DNA from: Dehalococcoidia bacterium
Lineage (GTDB): Bacteria > Chloroflexota > Dehalococcoidia > SZUA-161
Assembly: GCA_036446335.1 (NCBI GenBank)
Contig: JAZFSU010000127.1
Location: forward strand, 1-39,413
Direction: 5' to 3'
Length of the DNA: 39,413 bases
Shown: in pieces, positions 25,452 through 33,505 of the stretch
How positions within the stretch are numbered: position 1 is the first letter of the stretch
Layout: each line of letters opens with the position of its first letter
Translations under genes and position numbers: made by a program
The notes under the pieces: generated by a model
Seen by the model: the letters and a program-made list of their open reading frames with translations, nothing else
What the model was told of the DNA's origin: nothing
Databases searched by the model: none

Positions 25452-25740
25452 TGAATCCTCCTGCCAAAACAAAGAGTCCCATCCCTGAAGGGACGGGACT
25501 GGACTCCCGCGGTACCACCCTACTTCCCCGACTCATCGGGGCTCTCACCAGGGCACGCCATCATGCCCCGTCGGAGATAACGGTCGACGAAACCGGCCAA
25601 GCCTACTCAGGCAACCCTTTTCGGTTGGCGGCTCGGGAGGGATTTTCGACCGGGTTGCTCACATCTGCTCTCACCAAACCAGACTCGCTGCATGTTTCGC
25701 CCGGCTACTCGTCTCCGTCACTGCCTTTTTTCCCTATTTC
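25452..25740 (-). promoter_or_regulatory. T-box riboswitch leader of ileS
   Basis: Minus-strand elements, in order:
- K-turn: GGCAGUGACGGAG
- S-turn: GAGUA
- AG bulge: CAUGC...GC-AG-AUG
- specifier loop: CGAAAAUCC
- stem III: CCCCGAUGAGUCGGGG
- canonical T-box: AGUAGGGUGGUACCGCGGGAG (plus-strand 25508-25520 is CGCGGTACCACCC)
- terminator. Confidence 0.9.
25466..25500 (-). terminator. T-box attenuator (intrinsic terminator)
   Basis: Minus strand AGUCCCGUCCC-uuca-GGGAUGGGACU followed by CUUUGUUUU, immediately upstream of the ileS RBS. Confidence 0.85.
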
Positions 25741-25746
25741 TGATGG

Positions 25747-25775
25747 AAATTACCACAATGAGATTGAATTGTCAA
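25747..25775 (-). promoter_or_regulatory. putative ileS promoter
   Basis: Minus strand TTGACA (25775-25770), 17 nt spacer, TAATTT (25752-25747), preceded by GTGg. Confidence 0.55.
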
Positions 25776-25789
25776 CGTCGGACGAGCGT

Positions 25790-26572
25790 CTACTTACCAG
25801 GGAAATTCGCTGCCCGCTTCTCTATGAAGGCCGCTATGCCCTCCTTGAAGTCCTCGGTGTAGCCATGTGCGGTCATGGCCTGCATCTCCATCTCGAGACC
25901 CGTATCCAGGCTGCCCTCCATCCCGCGATTGACCAGCTTCTTCACTGCCTTGGCAGCCATCGGACTCTTGGCGAGGAGGTTCTGGACCAGCTCGTTGGTC
26001 GCCTCCTCCAGCTTGTCAGCCGGTACTGCCTTGTTGATCAGCCCAAGTCTTTCCGCCTCAGCCGGTGAGATGCGATCGCCTGTGAAGAGAAGCTCCTTCG
26101 CCCTTCGGGTGCCTATAAGACGAGGAAGCCTTTGTGTAGCGCCACCGGCAGGCACCAATCCACGGTTCGCATGTTGATCGGAGAGCTTGATATCATCTGC
26201 TACGATAGCCAAGTCACAGACCATGATCAATTCCAGACCGCCCGCCAGGGCCATGCCCTGTACCATCGCTATGGTCGGCACCGCTATGTTCTCAATTGCG
26301 CTGAATGTCTTGTTCCAAAGTCGCAAGAAGTAGTCCCGAGGCTTGCCCTCAGGGATAACCGCAACTGCCGTGAGGTCGGCGCCGGTGCAGAACGCTCTCC
26401 CGCTGGCCGTCAGCACCGCGACCCGGACCGAGATGTCGTTGTTGATATCGTCCGCGGCCTCGCCCAATTCCTCCAGTGTTCTGGCATCAAGAGCATTGAG
26501 AACGTCCGGACGGTTCACGGTTAGCTTCGCCAACCCATCCGATTTCTCATATATGATGTTGGTGAACTCCAT
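25790..26572 (-). CDS. enoyl-CoA hydratase/isomerase (crotonase) family protein
   Basis: LTVNRPDVLNALD...VAVLTASGRAFCTGADL...IAMVQGMALAGGLEL. RBS AGGAGG. Confidence 0.85.
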   Translation of the reverse strand: MEFTNIIYEKSDGLAKLTVNRPDVLNALDARTLEELGEAADDINNDISVRVAVLTASGRAFCTGADLTAVAVIPEGKPRDYFLRLWNKTFSAIENIAVPTIAMVQGMALAGGLELIMVCDLAIVADDIKLSDQHANRGLVPAGGATQRLPRLIGTRRAKELLFTGDRISPAEAERLGLINKAVPADKLEEATNELVQNLLAKSPMAAKAVKKLVNRGMEGSLDTGLEMEMQAMTAHGYTEDFKEGIAAFIEKRAANFPGK

Positions 26573-26688
26573 CCCTGCCTCCTGCTGATTGGTGGCGACG
26601 GTTGCGTCAAGACAACCTCACCGGGGTCGTGGGGCCGAACGCCTTCAGAGCACGTCCTACGGGCGATGCGTGCCGGCAGCCAGAGGAC

Positions 26689-27360
26689 TTACGCGGCCCG
26701 ACCACCGTCACTCCCCTTCAGAACGACGGTCACCTTCCGTTCGTCACCCAGCCCCACGCTTTCAGTGGTTACATCAGCATGGTCCTGCAACTCCAGATGG
26801 ATGATCCTTCGCTCAGCGGGAGGCATGGGCTCCAGCGTTATCGTTCTGCCGGTCTCCTTGACGCGATCCGCCGATCGCTGCGCCAGCGTTTGCAGCGACT
26901 CGTAGCGCCGTTGCCGATATCCCTCGACGTCCACTAGGACCCCGACGCGGGCTTTCACTTTCCGGCTGACAACGAGATTAGTCACGTACTGAAGCGCCGT
27001 CAGGGTCTCACCACGCCTCCCGATGAGTATGCCCAGATCCTCGCCCCGGATATCGAATGATTCAAACTCCTCGCTGCCAACCCTTCTTTCTTCCAGGTTC
27101 ACAGTCGCCGGCACATCCATCAGGACGAGCAGCCCTTCCAGTACTTCCTTGGCCATGGCGATCATGCCGGCCCTGTCCTCAGGCAACTGACCCAGCTGCG
27201 TCACCCTTACTCTGACTTCTTCGGCACCAAATCCGAAAAGGCCCGTTCGCCTTCTCTTGACAACAACTATCTCCACTTCAGAGCGGCTGAGTCCCAGGTC
27301 AGCTAGGGCCAGATCGACGGCCTCCTCTTCGGTCTTTGCGCTTATCTCCACGCTTTCCAT
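26689..27360 (-). CDS. jag: Jag/KhpB RNA-binding protein (Jag_N, KH, R3H)
   Basis: MESVEISAKTEEEAVDLALADLGLSRSEVEIVVV (Jag N-domain), a KH-like centre, and an R3H domain (LEPMPPAERRIIHLELQDHADVTTESVG). Start moved to ATG 27360 (RBS GAAGGAAGG). Confidence 0.85.
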   Translation of the reverse strand: MESVEISAKTEEEAVDLALADLGLSRSEVEIVVVKRRRTGLFGFGAEEVRVRVTQLGQLPEDRAGMIAMAKEVLEGLLVLMDVPATVNLEERRVGSEEFESFDIRGEDLGILIGRRGETLTALQYVTNLVVSRKVKARVGVLVDVEGYRQRRYESLQTLAQRSADRVKETGRTITLEPMPPAERRIIHLELQDHADVTTESVGLGDERKVTVVLKGSDGGRAA

Positions 27361-28327
27361 GACGAACCTTCCTTCGTTGGGGAGTAGTACTGCTGGCGCC
27401 ATCCTCACCCGCCCCCGCGACTTCATCGTCCGCCGCCGCACCAGCGCCACCTTTCCCTGCACTCCGTGCCGTGCCGGGCGTCGCCTGCCCCTTGCCGGTC
27501 AAGCTCCCGAGCAACCCCCCAAAAGACGGCACCGTCAAAGCGCCCCAGCCGGTTGCACGGTACTGCAAGACAATCCTGATGACCGTGGAAACAACCCAGT
27601 ACAGGGCGAGACCACTCGGAAACGACAAAGCCAGGAAGCCAAACATGAGCGGGAACATCCACTTCATCATCTTCTGCATCGACTGCTGCGACGGATCAAC
27701 TGATGTCGGAGCGGACATACTCTGCAACATCCACATGCTCACGCCTGTCAGAACAGCCATGATGGGATCACCACTGCTGAGATCCAGCCAGAGGAAGTGC
27801 TCGTCCAACGGCACTGTTCCCTGGATAAACGACCAGTCGTAGAGCTGCTTGGATAAACCGAGCAGATTCTCCGGGGCATAGGCCAGGGCCTGGATCACAG
27901 ACTGATAAAGCGCGATCCAGATCGGCATCTGGATCAACATGGTGCCCAAGCAGCCAGCGGGGTTGGCCCCGCTCTCCTTGTAGAGCTTCATGGTCTCCTG
28001 GCCAAGTCGCTCCTTGTCCTTGCCGTACTTCTTCTGCAGCTCCTTGATCTTCGGCTGAACCTCTTGCATCGCCCTGCTGGAGCGCAGCTGGGCCCTGGTG
28101 AGTGGCGCAGTGATCAGCAAAATGACTGCCGTCAAAGCGATGATGCCCACTCCGAAACTGCCAAAGAACACCCTCGAAAGCACCATCAACATGTTCAGCA
28201 GCGGCTGCAGAAGAAGGAGATCGAAAGCTCCGATCGGGCCGAGGTAGATAAAGAGGAAAAACAGCACCAGGCCGAGAAGGAGAATCAGGGGCCGCTTAAT
28301 AGTCATGATGTTTGCGCGTCTACTCAC
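27299..28327 (-). CDS. yidC: membrane protein insertase YidC (short, Oxa1-like form) with basic C-terminal tail
   Basis: PLTRAQLRSSRAMQEVQPKIKELQKKYGKDKERLGQETMKLYKESGANP...FPSGLALYWVVS and an Arg/Lys-rich tail. The start is either GTG 28327 or ATG 28306. Confidence 0.9.
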   Translation of the reverse strand: MSRRANIMTIKRPLILLLGLVLFFLFIYLGPIGAFDLLLLQPLLNMLMVLSRVFFGSFGVGIIALTAVILLITAPLTRAQLRSSRAMQEVQPKIKELQKKYGKDKERLGQETMKLYKESGANPAGCLGTMLIQMPIWIALYQSVIQALAYAPENLLGLSKQLYDWSFIQGTVPLDEHFLWLDLSSGDPIMAVLTGVSMWMLQSMSAPTSVDPSQQSMQKMMKWMFPLMFGFLALSFPSGLALYWVVSTVIRIVLQYRATGWGALTVPSFGGLLGSLTGKGQATPGTARSAGKGGAGAAADDEVAGAGEDGASSTTPQRRKVRHGKRGDKRKDRRGGRRSGPS

Positions 28328-29546
28328 TCAGTGATTTGTTCCAGCCCGCGCGCCCATCAGCAGCCTGAATGGAGTATAGCTTGTTGTTGAGCGCGTTTAT
28401 GTAAATCTTGCCGTCCACGGCGGCAAGAGCTGCGTGGACGCCAACCTTGAGATCGACTGCATCGACCCAGATCTCCCGTCCGGTATCGGGATCGAGGCCA
28501 TAGACTTTGCCGTTCTCGGAGGCTACCGCAAGAACCCCTCCGGAAGCAACCGGCGACGACAGGAGCGGGCTGTCGGTCTTGAATGGCTCGTCCCAAATGG
28601 CCTGACCCGACTCGGCGTCGATGGCATAGACCTTGTGATCAAGAGAGCCAGCGTAGATGACACCGTCGCTGTAGAGCGCCGTGGTCCAAAACCAGTTGTC
28701 CGCTTTGAACGGTTCGTCCCATTTCGGCTGTCCGGTTCCAGCACGAAGGGCATAGAAACTGCTGTCGAAGGCACCAAAGTAGATCACGCCGCCAGCCACT
28801 ACTGGAGTTGAAGCGATGGCTCCTTCAGCCTTGAACGGTTCGTTCCATATCGGAGCCCCTGTCTCGGCGTCAATCGCATAGAACCTGTGGTCAAGAGACC
28901 CAAAGTATACGACGCCGCCCTGGGCCAGAGGCGTCGACCAAATCTTATCCCCTGCCTGGAAGGTCTCAAATCCCTCCTTCAGTGCGCCCTCGCTTGAGGT
29001 AGTGGTAGCATCAAGAGCATAGAGCTTGCCATCCGAGGCACCAACATAAACAACGTTATTGTGAACAGCCACCCCGCCGACGATGGCGCTGCCGATGTCA
29101 TAGCTCCACTCTGTGTGCACATTGTCGGATTCCCGGGCGTCGATGGCGAAGACTCGACCATCGTAGGTGCCAACGTACACGAAGTCTTCGACCACAACCG
29201 GGATTCCGTAGATATTCCCTCCGGCAAACTGCCCCGAGCCCGCGCAGTCGAGGAAGCTGCCCCCCCCCCCCACTGAGTCCGGCTTCCATTCCCACTCGCC
29301 AGCTGCCGGGAACTGTCTCTCCTCCTCGCGAGCCAAGAAGTCCAGGCGAAGAATCTTGCCGTCCATGGAACCGACAACGAGGCCTTCCCCATCTACAACG
29401 GTTCCGGCCCAGCCACGCGGTCCGATGCAGCCGAAGAACGTCAGGTTGATGATAAGAATTGCAATGACAAGAGCTTTGGTTGATCGAATTCGTTTGTTAT
29501 CAAACATCAGGATACCAACATGTGAGAAAGCGGGACTCAGCGACAC
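28320..29546 (-). CDS. PQQ-like (BamB/YfgL-type) beta-propeller repeat protein, possibly a lipoprotein
   Basis: Repeated G-x-[VL]Y-[AV]-[LI]D-x-x-[TS]G-x-x-[IK]W units (KLYALDATT, RFYAIDAETGAPIW, SFYALRAGTGQPKW, KVYAIDAESGQAIW, KVYGLDPDTGREIW, KLYSIQAADGRAGW). N-terminal hydrophobic segment ending in FFGC. The start is uncertain (GTG 29546 or ATG 29507). Confidence 0.8.
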   Translation of the reverse strand: MSLSPAFSHVGILMFDNKRIRSTKALVIAILIINLTFFGCIGPRGWAGTVVDGEGLVVGSMDGKILRLDFLAREEERQFPAAGEWEWKPDSVGGGGSFLDCAGSGQFAGGNIYGIPVVVEDFVYVGTYDGRVFAIDARESDNVHTEWSYDIGSAIVGGVAVHNNVVYVGASDGKLYALDATTTSSEGALKEGFETFQAGDKIWSTPLAQGGVVYFGSLDHRFYAIDAETGAPIWNEPFKAEGAIASTPVVAGGVIYFGAFDSSFYALRAGTGQPKWDEPFKADNWFWTTALYSDGVIYAGSLDHKVYAIDAESGQAIWDEPFKTDSPLLSSPVASGGVLAVASENGKVYGLDPDTGREIWVDAVDLKVGVHAALAAVDGKIYINALNNKLYSIQAADGRAGWNKSLSE

Positions 29547-29555
29547 CGGTAGTGG

Positions 29556-29765
29556 TCAGGGCACAAAGTCAACGCCGCCTTCGTTCCAGGGATGGCAGCG
29601 AAGGAAGCGCTTTGTCACGAGCCAACCACCCTTCATCACTCCATGTTTCTCAATTGCCTCATGCCCGTATTGAGAACAGGAGGGCACAAAACGACACGAA
29701 GGGGGCGAATAGACAGAAATCGCACTCTGGTAAAAGCGTATTGAGAGTAGGGCGAGCCTCCTCAC
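29556..29765 (-). CDS. yidD: membrane protein insertion efficiency factor YidD
   Basis: [62 protein letters not shown] start overlaps the rnpA stop (GTGA, 29762-29765). The ORF-track ATG at 29906 would overlap rnpA by 145 nt. Confidence 0.85.
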   Translation of the reverse strand: MRRLALLSIRFYQSAISVYSPPSCRFVPSCSQYGHEAIEKHGVMKGGWLVTKRFLRCHPWNEGGVDFVP

Positions 29766-30130
29766 ACCTCCATCTCCCTTCTTCTCCCGGCTGCGTCCAG
29801 ATCCACCATAATCTGTGCCCGGCGCAACAGCCCCTTGACCGCCGCATCCAACTCTTGATAGCTCGCCCCGGTTGCCCGAGCCCGAGCGATGAGCACAATG
29901 TCCCAACCTTGCTTCGCCGGAGTGGCCCTTACCACCTCCCGCAACCGCCTCTTCACCCTGTTTCTAACCACCGCCGTGCCAATGCGCTTCCCCGCAACAA
30001 AACCGTATCTGTTCCACTCCAGGCCGTTGGGCAATGTCCTCAGCACGACGATCTTCCCCGCCCAAGTCCTGCCCTCGGCATAAACCGTCGTGAACTCTGA
30101 ATTCCTCTTGAGACTCGTCCCTCTAGCCAT
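29762..30130 (-). CDS. rnpA: ribonuclease P protein component
   Basis: [17 protein letters not shown]...[27 protein letters not shown]. Canonical position after rpmH. Confidence 0.9.
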   Translation of the reverse strand: MARGTSLKRNSEFTTVYAEGRTWAGKIVVLRTLPNGLEWNRYGFVAGKRIGTAVVRNRVKRRLREVVRATPAKQGWDIVLIARARATGASYQELDAAVKGLLRRAQIMVDLDAAGRRREMEV

Positions 30131-30148
30131 CCCATCACGGCAGCGAGT

Positions 30149-30286
30149 CTACACCGCTAGCCGATGGCGGCCCTTGAGCCGCCTTCGCTTCAGGACCAGA
30201 CGCCCGCCGCGATCTGCCATGCGGGCAAGGAAACCGTGCTTCCTCTTCCTGCGTTTCTTCTTGGGTTGGTATGTTCGCTTCGGCAT
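30149..30286 (-). CDS. rpmH: 50S ribosomal protein L34
   Basis: Below the ORF-track size cut-off. My own translation gives [45 protein letters not shown] (45 aa). RBS GGGGGAG. TAG stop at 30149-30151. Confidence 0.95.
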   Translation of the reverse strand: MPKRTYQPKKKRRKRKHGFLARMADRGGRLVLKRRRLKGRHRLAV

Positions 30287-30311
30287 GGCTCCCCCGTTCT
30301 GACCGTCGGCT

Positions 30312-30341
30312 ATTATAGCGTATCCCAGTCTCTGCTGTCAA
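30312..30341 (-). promoter_or_regulatory. putative rpmH operon promoter
   Basis: Minus strand TTGACA (30341-30336), 18 nt spacer, TATAAT (30317-30312). About 25 nt upstream of the rpmH ATG. Confidence 0.6.
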
Positions 30342-30495
30342 TCTGCGAGCCGACGAGGTATCGTTCGGTGGAACACAGCGCGGACTCCAGCCCCCTCACC
30401 ATCACACAATCGTTGTGGCCGTGCACAGTCGTCTTCCGGGCACGGGGGCAGCGTATCAGCAACAGCGGACATGTGCCCCAGGGCCCGGAGATCAG

Positions 30496-31140
30496 CTACT
30501 GCGCGTGCTCAAGCACAATGATCTCAATCGCTTGCGGGAGTTGTTCCTTCTTCAGCTCCACCTCGCTGGCACCCGCTCGGCTGACACCAGCCTTGCCCTC
30601 GAGGAAGTCGTCCACTCCCGAGATAGGGAAATCGCACTTGTCTGTCTTGAAGTGCATGGGTATTGCCACACCGGGCTTGATCTGATCGCAGATCCTGCTC
30701 GCGACGCCAGCATCAATAGTGAAGGAGCCGCCCACCGGGACCATCAGGACATCGACTTGTCCGATCTTGGTGATCTCGGCTCCTGACAACTCGTGCCCCA
30801 GGTCTCCCAGGTGACAGATTCTGATCCCATCCACAGTGAAGCAGAAGACGGTATTGCGTCCCCTCTCCCTCCCTTTGGACGTATCGTGGAAAGTCTCGAG
30901 CCCACTGATTTCGATCCCCGCTACCTTTGTCGAGCCCGGCCCCGAGACCTTCTTGGGATCGCCCTTGATCTTGCCGCCAGCATGGTCTCCGTGGTCATGG
31001 CTCACCAGAACAATGTCGGCCGCCTCATCGATCGGCCGATAGCGGAGTCCGGCATAGTCACCGAACGGGTCAGTCACCAGTCTGGTGCCGTCATCGGCGG
31101 TGATCAGAAACGCCGCATGACCAAGCCACTTGATCTTCAT
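30496..31140 (-). CDS. MBL-fold metal-dependent hydrolase (UPF0173-like)
   Basis: MKIKWLGHAAFLI...VLVSHDHGDHAG. Start moved to ATG 31140 (RBS GAGGAGG). Confidence 0.85.
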   Translation of the reverse strand: MKIKWLGHAAFLITADDGTRLVTDPFGDYAGLRYRPIDEAADIVLVSHDHGDHAGGKIKGDPKKVSGPGSTKVAGIEISGLETFHDTSKGRERGRNTVFCFTVDGIRICHLGDLGHELSGAEITKIGQVDVLMVPVGGSFTIDAGVASRICDQIKPGVAIPMHFKTDKCDFPISGVDDFLEGKAGVSRAGASEVELKKEQLPQAIEIIVLEHAQ

Positions 31141-31182
31141 GACTACGCCTCCTCGACAAGACATCTTCGAGGTTCGATACGT

Positions 31183-32685
31183 CTACCCCTCGGCAAGAGC
31201 CAATGTAAGATTGACCAGAGTCCTCACCCCAACCCCGGTGCCACCCTTCGCCAGGTACCCGCGCTCCTTGTCGGAGAGGAAAGGACCCGCGATATCAAGA
31301 TGAACCCACGGGGTATCCTGGGCGAACTCAGCCAGAAACTGGGCAGCCGTGATAGCCCCCCCATACCTGCCGCCGGTATTCTTGATATCTGCGACGTCAC
31401 TCTTGTTCTTCTCCTTGTATTCCTCATACATGGGAAGCCGCCAGATCTTCTCTCCCGCTTCCTCACCAGCCTTGACGACCTTGGCCACAAGGTCGTCGTC
31501 ATTGCTGAAAGCGCCGGTACAGATGTCGCCGAGAGCAACGCGGCATGAGCCCGTCAGAGTGGCAACATCCACAAGCGGCGACAGTCCCTCCTTATTGGCA
31601 TATGCCAGCGCGTCGGCCAGAGCAAGCCGCCCCTCGGCATCGGTGTTCACCACCTCGATCGTCTTGCCGCTCATCGCCTTCAGAACATCTCCGGGCTTGA
31701 GCGCTGCGCCGCCGGGAAGGTTCTCCGTCGCTGGAACCAGTCCCGTCACGTTGATCTTAGGCTTGAGCTCGGCGATTGCCTTCATGGCAGCGATGACCGC
31801 CGCCCCACCCGCCATGTCCCCCTTCATCTCGTCCATGTGCTCCGAGGGCTTGATCGAGATGCCACCCGAATCGAAGGTCAGCCCCTTACCGATCAGGCCC
31901 AGAGGGCTGGATGCGGGATCGCCTCCCCGGTAGCTCATGACCATGAACTTCGGGGCCTGCCTGCTGCCCTGAGCGACTCCCAGCAGGGCCCCCATCCCCA
32001 GTCGTTCCATCTCGTCGCGATCCAGGACAGAGAAGTCCAGGCCCCCACCAGCGGACACTTCGCGCGCCACCTCCGCCAAGTCGGAGGGAGTCATGTGATT
32101 CGCAGGCTCGTTCACCATGTCGCGGGCGAGATTGGTCGCTTCGGCCAGTATTCGGCCAGTATTGACCGCACTCTCAAAGGCCACCAGCCTGCTCTCGTCG
32201 CGCTCCATAATCAGCAGCTCATCAATTTCTCCATGCTCCGGCTCCTTGGTGACATGCTTCCGAAAGGTGTAGAGGCCAAGAATGCTCCCCTCCGTCAGAG
32301 CCTGGACGCATTTCTCCGGCGCGAATCCCCCAGCTCCGGCGCCATGGACAACAGTAGCCACTCGTTTGGCACCTATCTTCCTTGAGAACCGGCACGCCGA
32401 CGCCATCACTTCTCGAAGTGAGTCAATACTGAACTTCTCCTTCTTGCCCAGCCCCACGATTATCACGCGTTCCGGCTCCAACTTGCCCAGCGTGTGGATG
32501 AGAGTCACTTCGCCCGATTTTCCTTTGATCTCGCCAGCAGCGATAAGCCTGCTTATGGCCCCCTCAAGCGCCTGGTCCACAGCACCTGTGGCCCCGCCCG
32601 GGCTTTCCGTACCCTCGAAGAGATTCACGATGGCGGCGTCGACTTTGGCCTGGGTGATGTCACCTGAGACAACCTTAACCTCCAC
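31183..32685 (-). CDS. pepA: leucyl aminopeptidase (M17)
   Basis: GKGLTFDSGGISIKP, MKGDMAGGAAV and NTDAEGRLALADAL. GTG start with RBS AAGGAGG. Confidence 0.95.
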   Translation of the reverse strand: MEVKVVSGDITQAKVDAAIVNLFEGTESPGGATGAVDQALEGAISRLIAAGEIKGKSGEVTLIHTLGKLEPERVIIVGLGKKEKFSIDSLREVMASACRFSRKIGAKRVATVVHGAGAGGFAPEKCVQALTEGSILGLYTFRKHVTKEPEHGEIDELLIMERDESRLVAFESAVNTGRILAEATNLARDMVNEPANHMTPSDLAEVAREVSAGGGLDFSVLDRDEMERLGMGALLGVAQGSRQAPKFMVMSYRGGDPASSPLGLIGKGLTFDSGGISIKPSEHMDEMKGDMAGGAAVIAAMKAIAELKPKINVTGLVPATENLPGGAALKPGDVLKAMSGKTIEVVNTDAEGRLALADALAYANKEGLSPLVDVATLTGSCRVALGDICTGAFSNDDDLVAKVVKAGEEAGEKIWRLPMYEEYKEKNKSDVADIKNTGGRYGGAITAAQFLAEFAQDTPWVHLDIAGPFLSDKERGYLAKGGTGVGVRTLVNLTLALAEG

Positions 32686-32767
32686 GGGCTTACCTCCTTC
32701 TTAATTCTGGAACAGCGCCTCATGTATTCTATGCTAATTTCGCGGCAAGGACTAGCATGGTCAAACC

Positions 32768-33475
32768 CTAGGTCGGCGGGCGAAAGCGCACTCGGAGCAG
32801 ACCTTTGACGTCCTCGTAGGATGTTCTCATTATGCGTACTCTCGTGTCCGCATCCTCGACCCACTCCACCGGCACCTCCTTGATGCGATAGCCCTTTCTC
32901 TTTGCGAGCAAAAGCAGCTCGGTGTCGAAGAACCACGCCTGGTCCTTGATCAAAGGGACCAAGTCCTGCACAACATCCCGTTTCACTGCCTTGAACCCGC
33001 ACTGGGCGTCAGAAAAACCGGGGGCGAACATCAGCTTGATCAACAGGTTGTAGCCGCGAGATATGATCTCGCGCTTCGCGCTGCGCCCGACCCTGGCACC
33101 AGGCATCAGCCTTGAACCGATCGCGATGTCCCACTCTTCAAGAGAGCGAATGAGTTCGGGGAATGCATCGAGCCTGGTGGAGAGGTCCACATCCATGTAG
33201 GACACCACGTCAGCACTGCTTTCCAGCCAGGACCTCCTCAGAGCCCGGCCGCGTCCTTTCTGTTCCATATGGACATAGGAGACCTCGTCGTACTGGTGAG
33301 AAAGCGATTTCGCAACGGCCAGGGTCCCGTCCACAGATCCATTGTCAACGACCACTATTCTCCACGAATGAGGCAGGCTCTCCGCCAGAAACTCTCGGAG
33401 CCGCCCAACGCTGTGCGCCAGGACCGCCTCTTCGTTATAGACGGGAAGCATAATATCGACCGTGGTCATTCCCAT
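32768..33475 (-). CDS. family 2 glycosyltransferase (polyprenol-phosphate glycosyltransferase-like)
   Basis: VDIMLPVYNEE...RIVVVDNGSVDGT...YMDVDLS (DxD)...GFSDAQCGFKA. The start may be ATG 33469 (RBS GAGGGA). Confidence 0.85.
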   Translation of the reverse strand: MGMTTVDIMLPVYNEEAVLAHSVGRLREFLAESLPHSWRIVVVDNGSVDGTLAVAKSLSHQYDEVSYVHMEQKGRGRALRRSWLESSADVVSYMDVDLSTRLDAFPELIRSLEEWDIAIGSRLMPGARVGRSAKREIISRGYNLLIKLMFAPGFSDAQCGFKAVKRDVVQDLVPLIKDQAWFFDTELLLLAKRKGYRIKEVPVEWVEDADTRVRIMRTSYEDVKGLLRVRFRPPT

Positions 33476-33505
33476 ATCCCTCTTGTCCCGGCCCCGGTGA
33501 ACGAG

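Noticed and set aside
29766-29906. ORF-track start of yidD at 29906 (116 aa).
   Set aside because: The extra 47 residues (G/R-rich) overlap rnpA. The conserved YidD core begins at the GTG that forms a GTGA overlap with the rnpA stop.
31150-31182. GGTTCGAT string resembling a tRNA T-loop between the MBL hydrolase and pepA.
   Set aside because: No acceptor, D or anticodon arms can be drawn around it. The spacer is only 18 nt plus the RBS of the MBL gene.
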